57,885 nucleotides of DNA from Pseudomonadota bacterium (GCA_023410295.1 JAEYPY010000053.1:1-57885), one strand, 5' to 3'; positions 32,944-42,267 are shown, numbered from the stretch's first letter. Notes: generated from the sequence alone by a model not told the origin. Translations and numbers: made by a program.

Positions 32944-33423
32944 ATGCTTCACGCCGCAGCGATGCTGATCGGCATTTTCGTACTTGCTGTCGCGGTGCTC
33001 GGACGCGGGGCCACACCTGAAGCTTTGCTCGCGGCGGCGCTGATTGCCGCGGCGTGCACGCTGTTCGCCGTGCGCTTTGGCGGCGTGGGCAAGAACGTGT
33101 TCGCTGCGCCGCAGCTTGGCGTGCTGGGTCTCTCGCGGACCGGAGCGGTGTTGCGCGGTGCGCTGGCGACATTGCGCGCGGCGGTGGCGGCCGACGTGAC
33201 GCTGAAACCGGCCCTGGTGCGCGTGAAGACGCGGAGCGACGACGGCTTTGTGCGCGCAGCGCTGGCGACGCAGATGAGCGCCGCGCCTGGCGGCGCCGTA
33301 GTGGAGACCGACGACGATGGCTTTCTCGTTCACGTCATCAACGAAGACGGCGTCGATGCGAGCGGGATCGGCGCTCTGGAGGGCCGCGTGCGCGGCGCCT
33401 TGGGCGAGAGGAGCACAGCATGA
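32944..33423 (+). CDS. mnhE: Divergent Mrp/Mnh subunit E
   Basis: KPALVRVK...PG.AVVE....FLVHVI; first gene of an E-F-G-B-C-D series. Confidence 0.72.
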   Translation: MLHAAAMLIGIFVLAVAVLGRGATPEALLAAALIAAACTLFAVRFGGVGKNVFAAPQLGVLGLSRTGAVLRGALATLRAAVAADVTLKPALVRVKTRSDDGFVRAALATQMSAAPGGAVVETDDDGFLVHVINEDGVDASGIGALEGRVRGALGERSTA

Positions 33424-33707
33424 TCGCGCTCATCGCAGCCGCGGCGCTCTCACCGCTTACCGCTCTGGTTTTAGTGCGCCTTTATGCGGGGCCGACGATC
33501 TATGATCGCGCGCTGGCGGTGAACGCGTTGCTGACGAAGGCGGCGCTCTTATGTGCGGCGATCGCGGTTGGGCTTGGACGCAGCGAGGGTGTGGAAGCGG
33601 CGATTGTGCTGGTGCTGTGCTGTTTTGTGCTGAACGTCGCGGTGCTCAAATTCTTTCGCTCCCACACCTTCCAGGCGCCGCTGGCGCGCGAGGAGCGTGG
33701 CTCATGA
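33420..33707 (+). CDS. mnhF: Divergent Mrp/Mnh subunit F
   Basis: RLYAGPTIYDRALAVN, AVLKFF; ATGA coupling. Confidence 0.8.
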   Translation: MIALIAAAALSPLTALVLVRLYAGPTIYDRALAVNALLTKAALLCAAIAVGLGRSEGVEAAIVLVLCCFVLNVAVLKFFRSHTFQAPLAREERGS

Positions 33708-34063
33708 GCACGGCGCTGGATCTGGTGTGCGCGGGGCTTGGTGGCGCGGTGCTCGCGGTGGCGTTGGCGATTATGGCCGGCGGTGTGCTCGGCATGTTGC
33801 GATTTCCTGATTTCTACACGCGGCTTCATGCGTTGCGCGCAGGCGAAACGGCGGGCGCGGTGCTGTTCTTGATTGGGCTCGCGATTGTCGCGGACGATGG
33901 CCGCACGGCGCTGCTGTTGCTGCTGCTTGCAGCGCTAATTGCAGCGCTGGGGCCGACGCTGGCGCAGCTGCAGGCGAACGCGGCGCACTCGGCGGGGCTT
34001 GCGCCGCTGGCGGGACGCTACGTTGCGCCGCGGCCTGGTGTGAAGCGGGGGACGCCGAGATGA
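33704..34063 (+). CDS. mnhG: Mrp/Mnh subunit G
   Basis: GMLRFPDFYTRLHA. Confidence 0.85.
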   Translation: MSTALDLVCAGLGGAVLAVALAIMAGGVLGMLRFPDFYTRLHALRAGETAGAVLFLIGLAIVADDGRTALLLLLLAALIAALGPTLAQLQANAAHSAGLAPLAGRYVAPRPGVKRGTPR

Positions 34064-34545
34064 GCGCCGCTGCGTTGACGCCGTGGCTCGTGCTGGTGCT
34101 GACCCTGCTGCTTGCGGGGGTCGCGATCGCCGTGCTCCGGGCGCGTTCGCTGTTCGTGATGTGTGTCGGGCTCGCTGCGGCTGCGGCGCTGGCGGCGGCG
34201 ACGATGCTTGCGGGTGGCGTGGGCGATGGCGCGTTGGCGCTGATTGTATTCGGCGTTGCGATTGCGCCGGTGTGGCTGCTGGCATCCGTGCTGCTCAGCG
34301 CGCGCGCGGCCAAGCCGGGCAAGCGCGTTCTCGCCATCACCGTCCTCGCCGCAGCAATCGGCGGGGCGCTGGCGACGGGATTTGTGGCGCCTGAGTTTGC
34401 GTTGACCGAGCGCGCTGCGCATGCCGGCGCATCGCCTGCGTTATGGCTGGCGCTGATCGTGTTCAGCGCCGCGATCGGCGCAGCGGGGCTGGTCGGATAC
34501 GGCGAACGCGGCGCGTTTCAGCCGCGGCGTGGTGCGGAGCCATGA
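34060..34545 (+). CDS. Divergent DUF4040-like Mrp-associated membrane subunit
   Basis: AVLRARSLF motif, position between mnhG and mnhB, ATGA coupling. Confidence 0.65.
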   Translation: MSAAALTPWLVLVLTLLLAGVAIAVLRARSLFVMCVGLAAAAALAAATMLAGGVGDGALALIVFGVAIAPVWLLASVLLSARAAKPGKRVLAITVLAAAIGGALATGFVAPEFALTERAAHAGASPALWLALIVFSAAIGAAGLVGYGERGAFQPRRGAEP

Positions 34546-34928
34546 GAACGACCGGCCATATCGTCGCGCTCGCGGCGGCGCGCTTCTATGCGCCGCTGAT
34601 CGTGTTTGTCGCGCTCGCAGCGCTTGTCTTGCGCACGCCCGGAGCGGGCGTCGGCTTGTTGGCGGGACTTGTGTTTGCGGCGGCGCTCGCGGTGCATCTG
34701 CTCGTTTTCGGCGCTGGCGCGGCGCGCAGAGCGTTGCCGGCATTCGCGGCGCGGGCGTTGCTTTGTCTTGGCGTTGGGGCGGCGCTTTTGGGCGCGGGCG
34801 CGCCACGTTTGCCGGGCGCGGTGATGCTCCTGGAAGCAGGCTCGTTTGCAGCGACCGCGGCCGGTGCAGCGCTGGTGCTCGCGGCTTTGGCCGGACGCGC
34901 GCCGACCTTGCGCGATGAGGGCGAGTAA
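34542..34928 (+). CDS. mnhB: Divergent Mrp/Mnh subunit B
   Basis: Four TM; TPGAGVGLLAG where SPGGGFQAG is expected; operon position. Confidence 0.65.
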   Translation: MRTTGHIVALAAARFYAPLIVFVALAALVLRTPGAGVGLLAGLVFAAALAVHLLVFGAGAARRALPAFAARALLCLGVGAALLGAGAPRLPGAVMLLEAGSFAATAAGAALVLAALAGRAPTLRDEGE

Positions 34929-35251
34929 TGGCGCCTGAACACATCGCCGAAGCTTTGACGCTCGCGATCGCCGTCGCGCTGATGATGGCGGGTTCGGTCA
35001 CGGCGTGGGCCGCCAGCGCTGCCGCTAAGCGCGTTGCTGGCGTACTCATCGTCCTGATCGCCGCGATGGTGGCGCTTGCGGCGTTTGGCGCGCCGGCGGG
35101 CGCCTACATGACGGCGGTTGCGATCGCGTTCGGCTATTGCGCGCTCGGCGCCGCGCTCACGGTGCGGCTGCAGGAAGCCTACGCCAGCACCGAGGCGCGT
35201 GAGATCGACGCCGCCGACGATCGCGATGAGCCGCCGGAGCAGAGCGGGTGA
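34928..35251 (+). CDS. mnhC: Divergent Mrp/Mnh subunit C
   Basis: Three TM; TAVAI....ALGAALTVRLQEAYASTE..EI; TAATG coupling. Confidence 0.72.
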   Translation: MAPEHIAEALTLAIAVALMMAGSVTAWAASAAAKRVAGVLIVLIAAMVALAAFGAPAGAYMTAVAIAFGYCALGAALTVRLQEAYASTEAREIDAADDRDEPPEQSG

Positions 35252-36708
35252 TCGCGGCTTACGCTGAACTTGCGCGCGCGAATGCGCCGGTCTTGACGCT
35301 TGTCCTACTGTTCGGCGGCGCGGGTGCGGCGGTGCTTGTCCCGCACGCGCGGGTGAGCTGGGCGCTTGCGTTGCTCGCGGCGTTTGCTGCGCTCGGCGTG
35401 GCGTTGCTTGGAGCGGGCGCCATGTTCGGTGCGGAGCCGCCCGCGTTCGCCGAAGCGGGCGTCGCGCTGACGCTCGAAGGCGGCGCGGGGCTCATGTCTT
35501 CGCTGCTGGCGGCGCTCGCGGTGCTTATCGTGCTGGCGGCTGCGGCGCGGCTTGACGAACTGGAGCGCGCTACGCCTTACGCGCTGGCGCTGATCCTGTG
35601 TTGTGCAGGCGGTTGGACCGGGGCGCTTTTCGCGCGCGACTGGTTTGGCGCGCTGGGCGCAGCGCAGATCGGCGCGTTGAGCGCGGTGGCGTTGATCGGG
35701 CTTGGCGGGGCGCGCGACCGCGGCGCGCTGAACGGCGCGCTGCGGCTCTGGGCGATTGCCGGCGCCGGCGCGGGCGCGATGTTGCTGGGCGCGGGGCTTA
35801 TCACGCGCGCCACGGGCGGCGATGGCGTCGCTGAACTCGACGCCGCGCTGATCGACGCGCCGAACATGGCGACGCTTGGCTTTGTGCTGGTCGCCTTGCC
35901 GCTTCTGGCTGCCGCCGGCGCGGCGCCGCTGCACGGCTGGGCGGGCGCGACGCTGGGGCGGAGCCGGGACAGCGTTGCGCTCGCGGTGGGCGCGCTCAGC
36001 GTTATTGGCGCGATCAGCGTGCTGGCGCGGCTTTCCGTGCACGCCGAGCGCGCGCCAGCTGTGGCTGGCGGCGTTTCTGCCGTGTTCGTCGCGTTAGGCG
36101 CGGTGACGGTGGCGTATGGCGCGGTGCAATCAGTGGGCGCGACCAACGTGCGCCGGCTCGTGGCGTACGCCGGCGCGATGCAGGTGGGCTGTATCTTGAT
36201 TGCGTTGGCGCTCGGCTCGCCGGCGGGTTTTGCCGCGGCGTTGTTGCAGATCTTGGCCTGGGCGGCGGCGGCGCTGGCGCTATTGGTTGGTGCGGCGGCG
36301 GCGAAGGACGCGCAATTCGCTTCGTTCAATGGGCTGGTGCGCCGCGCGCCGTTCGCGAGCATTGCGGTGACGATGGGCGCGCTGAGTTTCATGGGCGCAC
36401 CGCTGACGCTGGGCTTCCTCGGCCGCTGGCGCTTGATCGAGGCGAGCGTCGGCGCCGGCTGGTGGTGGGCGACGGGGGCGACGATCGTGGCGTCGCTCGC
36501 GGCTGTGTTCTTCGGCGGGCGATTGATCGAGCGGATGTATTTCCGCCGCGCCACCGAGACCGCGGAGATCGATCGCGATGGCTGGCGCTGGACGCGCGCG
36601 GCTGTGGCCCTGGTGTCCATTGCGGCGATCGCGCTCGGGATTGCGCCGGAGTTTCTGTTGCAGGCGGTGGCGCGCGCGGCTGAGCTGGCTCTGGGGCATG
36701 GCTCATGA
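35248..36708 (+). CDS. Divergent MrpD-like antiporter subunit 1
   Basis: PLHGW, NVRRLVAY, MGAPLTLGF remnants of the MrpD/NuoN fold. Confidence 0.8.
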   Translation: MIAAYAELARANAPVLTLVLLFGGAGAAVLVPHARVSWALALLAAFAALGVALLGAGAMFGAEPPAFAEAGVALTLEGGAGLMSSLLAALAVLIVLAAAARLDELERATPYALALILCCAGGWTGALFARDWFGALGAAQIGALSAVALIGLGGARDRGALNGALRLWAIAGAGAGAMLLGAGLITRATGGDGVAELDAALIDAPNMATLGFVLVALPLLAAAGAAPLHGWAGATLGRSRDSVALAVGALSVIGAISVLARLSVHAERAPAVAGGVSAVFVALGAVTVAYGAVQSVGATNVRRLVAYAGAMQVGCILIALALGSPAGFAAALLQILAWAAAALALLVGAAAAKDAQFASFNGLVRRAPFASIAVTMGALSFMGAPLTLGFLGRWRLIEASVGAGWWWATGATIVASLAAVFFGGRLIERMYFRRATETAEIDRDGWRWTRAAVALVSIAAIALGIAPEFLLQAVARAAELALGHGS

Positions 36709-38168
36709 GCGCGACGACCGCCCTCATCGGCGTGCTGGCCATGCCGCTCGTGCACGCGGCGCTGGTGCTTGCGTTCGCGCGTCCGCCGGGCTTGCGCGAT
36801 GTGGCGCACATCGGCGGCGCGCTGGCGACGGCGGTGTTCGCGACCGTGGTGTTTCGCGCGGTGGCGGCGGGCGAAAGCGCGCGCCTCGTGCTCGCGCATC
36901 CGCTGCCCAATGTGGATTTGGCGTTCAGCCTCGAGCCGCTGGGCGCGCTCTTCGCGCTGGTGATGTCGCTGTTGGCTGTGCTGCAGGCGGCGCACAATTC
37001 GGGCTCGGTGCGCGCGGCGCATGAGCGGTCGCCGGCGCGGCTGATGGCGTTCGTGGCGCTGACGACAGCGGCGGCGATGGCGGTGGCGTTCTCGGCCAAT
37101 CTATTCAGCTTGTTGGTGGCGTATCAGGCGTTGGCGCTGGCGGCATTTCCGCTGGTGGCGCATCGCGGCGACGAAGAAGGGCGGCGCGCGGCGCGGCGGC
37201 TGCTGGCGGTGTTGCTGGCGGCGTCAATCGGATTGCTTTTGCCGGCAATGGTGTGGACGTACTCGCTCGCAGGCGCCCTCGATTTTCAGCCGGGCGGGAT
37301 GCTCGCGGGGCGCGTGACGCCGCTGACCGCGAACGTGCTTCTGGTGCTGTTCGTGCTGGGTATTGCGGCGGCGGTTGTGCCGCCGATGCACCGTTGGCTG
37401 GCGGCTTCCTACGTCGCGCCTTATCCGGCGCTGATTTCTATTCAAGCCATCGCCGTGCTGCCGGCGGGGTGCTTGGGCCTGCTCAAAGTATTCGCCTACG
37501 TATTCGGCGCTGCGCTGGCGGCGGCGTCGCCTGCGCGGCATGTGCTGCTGGCGCTGTGCGGCGTCGCCATGTGTGCGGCGGCGGTGATTGCGCTTTCCAA
37601 GTCTGACATCCGCGAACGCATTTCGTATTCGCTGCTGGCGCAAGCTCTGGCGGCGAACGTGGGTGGCTTACTGGCGGCGCCGGCTGGGCTGTTCGCGGCG
37701 GCGCTGCAGATCGTGGCGACGAGTTGCGCGGCGGCGACGCTGCTGATGGCGGTGGGCACCACCGCGGCGGTGACGCTGCGCCAGGAGACGACGGACTATC
37801 CGGGCCTGGGCCGCGTCATGCCGTGGACGTTCGCGGGGTTCGCCATCGCCTGCGCGAGCTTGATCGGCATGCCGCCATTTTCCGGCGCCTGGTCGAAACT
37901 CTGGCTGATTACCGCGTCGGCGAGCACGGGCCTCGTATGGGCCGCGGCGCTGCTCGGCGCGGCGGCGGTGCTGACGTTTGCGCATTTGGGGCCGCTCGCG
38001 GCGAACGCTTTCGCCGGGCGTCCGCCGACGGATGCGTTCAAGCGCCCGGACGGCGCTTCGATCCTGCTCGTGGCGCCAGTTATCCTTGGGGCGGCGGCGA
38101 CGCTCTGGCTGCTGGTGCTCGCCGATCCGCTCGCCGCTTTCCTCTCACCGGTATGGACGCCGCGATGA
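36705..38168 (+). CDS. Divergent MrpD-like antiporter subunit 2
   Basis: SANLF, PMHRWL, RERISYS, GLGRVMPWT, SLIGMPP.SG.WSK. Confidence 0.85.
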   Translation: MSATTALIGVLAMPLVHAALVLAFARPPGLRDVAHIGGALATAVFATVVFRAVAAGESARLVLAHPLPNVDLAFSLEPLGALFALVMSLLAVLQAAHNSGSVRAAHERSPARLMAFVALTTAAAMAVAFSANLFSLLVAYQALALAAFPLVAHRGDEEGRRAARRLLAVLLAASIGLLLPAMVWTYSLAGALDFQPGGMLAGRVTPLTANVLLVLFVLGIAAAVVPPMHRWLAASYVAPYPALISIQAIAVLPAGCLGLLKVFAYVFGAALAAASPARHVLLALCGVAMCAAAVIALSKSDIRERISYSLLAQALAANVGGLLAAPAGLFAAALQIVATSCAAATLLMAVGTTAAVTLRQETTDYPGLGRVMPWTFAGFAIACASLIGMPPFSGAWSKLWLITASASTGLVWAAALLGAAAVLTFAHLGPLAANAFAGRPPTDAFKRPDGASILLVAPVILGAAATLWLLVLADPLAAFLSPVWTPR

Positions 38169-38419
38169 TCAAACCTGCGCCTCCGCAACCGACAGGCATC
38201 GCTGGGCTGCTGCTGCTCTTCTGCGTCGTCGCCGCTGCTATTGGCGTGGGCGCGGATCTGCTGCTGGGCGGTTCGCGCTTCAGTGTGATCTCTGAACCGG
38301 GCGGACGCGCTGTGCTGGGCGTTGGTGTGGCGGCGGGTGCAGTGTTGATTGCCCACGCGATGCGGTTGCTGCTGGGGCGGCGTGAAGACGAGAAGCGTGA
38401 TGCTGGCGATCACGCTTAA
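38165..38419 (+). CDS. Small two-TM accessory protein of the Mrp-like operon
   Basis: ATGA coupling to the previous gene, overlap with the next, C-terminal LLGRRED. Confidence 0.7.
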   Translation: MIKPAPPQPTGIAGLLLLFCVVAAAIGVGADLLLGGSRFSVISEPGGRAVLGVGVAAGAVLIAHAMRLLLGRREDEKRDAGDHA

Positions 38420-40100
38420 CCCCGGCTTCGTTTGCATCCTTGCGGCGCTGATTGCGCTGGCAAGCCCGCGCGGCGTGCGCGCGCCGCTGATCGGCGGTGC
38501 GGCGCTGGCGGCGCTTTGGCTGATGCTCGACCGCGACTTCGGCGCGGCGGAGGCGGCGCGGCAGATGGGACTTCCTGTCGTGCTGCTCAGTCTCGATGCG
38601 CTCAACCGCATCTTCGGCATCGCCATGCTGCTGGCGCTCATCATCATCGCCATTTGCAGCGGCGCGAGGCGCAGCCGTTCGGAGGACGCCGCGATCCTGC
38701 TTCTGGCGGGCGGGGCCGTGTCGGCGCTGTTCGTGGGCGATCTGGTGAGCTTCGTCGCCGCGGCGGCGCTTTCCGGACTTGCCTCGGCGTGGCTGGTATT
38801 TGCCTCGCCCTTGCCCGGCTCTGCGCAGAGCGGCGTGCGTCTCTTGGTGTGGCATGGCCTTGAGGGGCTGCTCTTCCTGATAGGCGTTGCGTTTTTGCTT
38901 TCGGCGGGCGCGGCGAGTTCGATCTTCGCGCGGCTCGATGTGAAGACGATCGGCGGCGCCGCGATTTTCGGCGCGCTGATGCTGCGTGTCGGCGCACCGT
39001 TGGCGCACGTGTGGCTGAAAGATGCGGCGGCGAACGCTTCACCCGTGGGCGCGGGCGCGCTCGCGGTGTTTTCGCCGATGCTCGGGGTTTACGCGCTGGC
39101 GCGGCTTTTTCCGGCGGAACTGCTGCTGTTGCCGATCGGCATGAGCATGGTTGTGCTTGGACTTTGCTATGCGCTTGCGGAAGACGACGCGCGCCGCGCT
39201 GCGGTGGCGGGGCAAAGCGCGCAGATCGGTGTTTGCCTGATGCTGATCGGCGTCGGCTCGCCGCTGGCGATGGCGGCGGCGGAGGGGCACGCGTTCACGA
39301 TTATCTTCGCGTTCCTGGCGTTGCAGCTGGTGCTGGGCGCCATCGTCGGCCGGCGCGGAGAGGCGCGCGTATCAACATTGGAAGGCACGTCGCGGCTGAT
39401 GCCGTTGACAGCGGTCCTGCTTGCGGCGGCGGGGCTTGCGGCGTCGGCAGCCCCGGGCTTTGCCCTCTACGCGACGACCGCCGTTGCGCTCGACGCGACG
39501 CAGCAATGGGATCTGCAGGGCGCCTGGGCGTTGATCGGGGTCGCCTCTGCCGCGTCCTTCATTGCGTTGATGCTCCGGCCGACGCTGGCTGCGTTCCGCG
39601 GCGCGGGGAAACCCCCGCGTTTGCAGGAAGCACCGTTCCCGATGCTGCTAGGTTGTGCGTTGGCCGCGTTCTTCTGCCTCTCAGTGGGCTTGGCGCCGGG
39701 CTGGCTGTTCGGATTGTTGCCGACGGAAGTGGCGTTCGCACCATACGCGCTGGAGCGCATCGGGCCGCAGCTGCAATTGCTGGGTGCAACGGGCGCGGCA
39801 TACATCCTGATGCGTGCAGCCAAGCTCGTACCCGCGGAGCGCACAATGCGCGTACTCGACGCCGACAGCTTCTATCGCGGCCCAGCTGCGGGCGCCGGGC
39901 GCTGGATAGGCGTGGTGCTGCTGCGCGTTTACGGCACGGCGCAAGCCGCGCTGTCGCGCACCGGCGCCGCGGCGGGGCGAAGCTTTGCGCAGATCACGCA
40001 AGCGTTCGACCGCCCCTACCGCCGCCAAGCTGCTGCGTTGGCGCATCTGCTGACACTGGCGCTTGCCGTCGCGCTGGCCATGTTCTGGCGTCACGTGTGA
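38400..40100 (+). CDS. Divergent MrpD/NuoL-like antiporter subunit 3
   Basis: LSLDALNRIFG, VGDLVS, AHVWLKDA, VYALARLFP, EAPFPML, LDADSFYR. Confidence 0.82.
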   Translation: MLAITLNPGFVCILAALIALASPRGVRAPLIGGAALAALWLMLDRDFGAAEAARQMGLPVVLLSLDALNRIFGIAMLLALIIIAICSGARRSRSEDAAILLLAGGAVSALFVGDLVSFVAAAALSGLASAWLVFASPLPGSAQSGVRLLVWHGLEGLLFLIGVAFLLSAGAASSIFARLDVKTIGGAAIFGALMLRVGAPLAHVWLKDAAANASPVGAGALAVFSPMLGVYALARLFPAELLLLPIGMSMVVLGLCYALAEDDARRAAVAGQSAQIGVCLMLIGVGSPLAMAAAEGHAFTIIFAFLALQLVLGAIVGRRGEARVSTLEGTSRLMPLTAVLLAAAGLAASAAPGFALYATTAVALDATQQWDLQGAWALIGVASAASFIALMLRPTLAAFRGAGKPPRLQEAPFPMLLGCALAAFFCLSVGLAPGWLFGLLPTEVAFAPYALERIGPQLQLLGATGAAYILMRAAKLVPAERTMRVLDADSFYRGPAAGAGRWIGVVLLRVYGTAQAALSRTGAAAGRSFAQITQAFDRPYRRQAAALAHLLTLALAVALAMFWRHV

Positions 40101-40245
40101 CGGCCAGATGATACCGCGCGTCGGGTGTTGATTATTACTGCCGTAGTAATCGTTCGGCCAATATTTGAAGCGTGCTATGGGTTGCGCTAAGCTGTGCTGG
40201 CATTAGATTGTCGCACCTTTTATTTTCTTTCCCCGGCGCGCTCCA

Positions 40246-40650
40246 ATGGAAACGAAGAATGACTTGGTAGAGATGGCGGCGGGCATAGTATCTGCCTATG
40301 TCTCGGCCAATCAGGTGCCGTCGCAGGACCTGCCAGGCCTGATCCGGACAGTTCACACTGCTTTGCGAGACGTCTCGGGGAATTCGGCGGCTTCGCCTGA
40401 GGCGCCGCAGGAGCCGGCGGTGGCGGTGAAGAAGTCAATCACGCCGGATTTCATCATTTGCCTGGAAGACGGCAAGAAATTCAAATCCTTGAAGCGACAT
40501 TTGCGGACCCGTTACGGCATGTCGCCTGAGGATTACCGAGCCAAGTGGGGCCTGCCGCACGACTACCCGATGGTCGCGCCCAACTACGCCAAGGAGCGCT
40601 CAAACTTGGCTAAGCGCATGGGGCTCGGTCATGCTCGCCGCGGTGAATAG
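40246..40650 (+). CDS. mucR: Ros/MucR family regulator
   Basis: [43 protein letters not shown]-rich upstream region. Confidence 0.96.
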   Translation: METKNDLVEMAAGIVSAYVSANQVPSQDLPGLIRTVHTALRDVSGNSAASPEAPQEPAVAVKKSITPDFIICLEDGKKFKSLKRHLRTRYGMSPEDYRAKWGLPHDYPMVAPNYAKERSNLAKRMGLGHARRGE

Positions 40651-40667
40651 GAAAAAAATCCGCGTAA

Positions 40668-40686
40668 TAGGATAAAATCTATCCTA
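40668..40686. promoter_or_regulatory. Perfect inverted repeat, candidate operator of the gafYZ-like operon
   Basis: TAGGATA-aaatc-TATCCTA in an AT-rich patch between mucR and the next gene. Confidence 0.6.
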
Positions 40687-40751
40687 CACCGCTTTGGTGG
40701 CTGTATCCTGCGTCTCAGGCCATGGGCATGGCGGGATGGAGAACAGAGGAC

Positions 40752-41108
40752 ATGGTGGTGTTGGAAGCGCTGGCGCGCGACCAGGCGCGGGTGCGCCTCG
40801 CCGCGGGGGTGGCCAGCTTCGCGCTCGGGGTGGGCGTCGAGGAGATTTTGAGCAAGGCGCGGGGCGCGACGCAGGTGGCCTTCGCGCGACAGATCGCGGT
40901 CTATCTCTGCCACACATCGTTCGAGTGGAGCTTGGCGCGTGTGGCGCTGGCGTTCGGGCGCGACCGGTCGACGGTGGCGCACGCGTGCCATGCTGTCGAG
41001 GACCGGCGTGACGAGCCGCAATTTGACCGTTGGCTGGCGTCGCTGGAAGCAATCCTGCGCGATGCGCCGCCGCCAGCCATGGTCGGCGCGGCGGAGCGCG
41101 CGCCATGA
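40752..41108 (+). CDS. gafY: DnaA C-terminal-like HTH protein, GafY-like GTA activator (alternative start 40722)
   Basis: VAFARQIAVYLC, RVALAFGRDRSTVAHAC..VEDRRD; ATGA-coupled to a DUF6456-like gene between mucR and sufE. Confidence 0.72.
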   Translation: MVVLEALARDQARVRLAAGVASFALGVGVEEILSKARGATQVAFARQIAVYLCHTSFEWSLARVALAFGRDRSTVAHACHAVEDRRDEPQFDRWLASLEAILRDAPPPAMVGAAERAP

Positions 41109-41839
41109 GCGCAACGGGTCTTGATCGCGCGCTCGATCGTCTGAGCTCGGATGGCGCTATTCTCGCGCCGCTGCGCGCCGGCGCAGGCTATGGCGTCTTT
41201 CCCCGCGGCGATCGGCGTAGGCGGCCTGTGGCGCGCATCCCCGCTTCCGCACTGCGCGCGCTAGAGGCGGAAGGCGCGTTGGAAAAGCACGGAGAGGGCT
41301 TTGTGCTCAGCGCGGCCGGTTACGCGCGCGTGCGGCGTGCCGCGGCGCTGCCGGATGAGGCCTTCGCAGCTCAACATCGTCCGGTCATTGAGCGCGTCAT
41401 TCTCGATCGTGACGGCGATCTGCGCCGCGTGCGCGGGCACGATGCGGACGCTGTGATGCGCCGCCTCGCGGCGTTGCGCGATGCGAACGGCGCGCGCTGG
41501 CTGAGCGGTGCAGAGCTCGCGGCAGCGGCGCAGTTGCGCGCGGACTGGGACTGTGGACAGCAAGGCTTGGTGCGCGGGTCTGATTGGAGCGCGCCGCCGC
41601 AGGGCGGCTCGCCGCGCGGCCCGGGCAATGTGATGGAGCGCCTGATGAGCGCGCAGTGCGATGCGCGCCGGCGTGTGGAGGAAGCTTTGGCTAGGCTGGC
41701 GCCTGGGTTGCGACGTGTGGTCGAGCACGTGTGTCTGCGTGAGGATGGATTGGAGTCGCTTGAGCGCGCCGAAAGCTGGCCAGCTCGGTCGGGGAAAATT
41801 GCGCTGAAGCTCGCTTTGGCGCAGCTTGCGCGGGCTTAA
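41105..41839 (+). CDS. gafZ: DUF6456-like protein, GafZ-like GTA activator
   Basis: AAAQLRADW, VVEHVCLREDGLESLERAESWPARSGKIALKLAL C-terminus typical of GafA/GafZ. Confidence 0.75.
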   Translation: MSATGLDRALDRLSSDGAILAPLRAGAGYGVFPRGDRRRRPVARIPASALRALEAEGALEKHGEGFVLSAAGYARVRRAAALPDEAFAAQHRPVIERVILDRDGDLRRVRGHDADAVMRRLAALRDANGARWLSGAELAAAAQLRADWDCGQQGLVRGSDWSAPPQGGSPRGPGNVMERLMSAQCDARRRVEEALARLAPGLRRVVEHVCLREDGLESLERAESWPARSGKIALKLALAQLARA

Positions 41840-42267
41840 GCTTCGAGCGCGCGCCGTGCCTCGTTTTGGATGCGGCTGATCATGGAGAAGAGACCGTTCG
41901 AGCGCTGCGCGGTCAGCGCGTCCTTGAGGCCGAGGCGGGCAAACATGGCTTGCGGATCGATGGCGAGGATCTCTTCCGGTGTTCGCCCGGAGAAAACCCG
42001 CAGCAGCATGGCAACCTCGCCGCGCACCAGATGCGCGTCAGAATCGCCGCGAAAATAGAGCTTTTCGGGCGCTTCGGGTCGCCGTTCGGAGACGAGCCAG
42101 ACTTGGCTGGTGCAGCCTCGCACGCGCGTCGTCTCGTTGCGTTCTTCACCGCGCAGCGGTTCCAAAGAGCGCCCAAGGTCGATCACGTACGAAATGCGCT
42201 CCTCCCAGTCGGGAAGGAGCGCAAATTCGTCTGCAAGTTCTTGGATAGAAGCTTCTGCGCCGGACAT
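41836..42267 (-). CDS. sufE: Fe-S cluster sulfur acceptor SufE
   Basis: VRGCTSQVW, GDSDAHLVRG, LTAQRSNGL. Confidence 0.93.
   Translation of the reverse strand: MSGAEASIQELADEFALLPDWEERISYVIDLGRSLEPLRGEERNETTRVRGCTSQVWLVSERRPEAPEKLYFRGDSDAHLVRGEVAMLLRVFSGRTPEEILAIDPQAMFARLGLKDALTAQRSNGLFSMISRIQNEARRALEA

Noticed and set aside
32944..40100. Calling the Mrp-like operon a set of pseudogenes
   Set aside because: No stops or frameshifts in ten genes and start/stop overlaps are preserved
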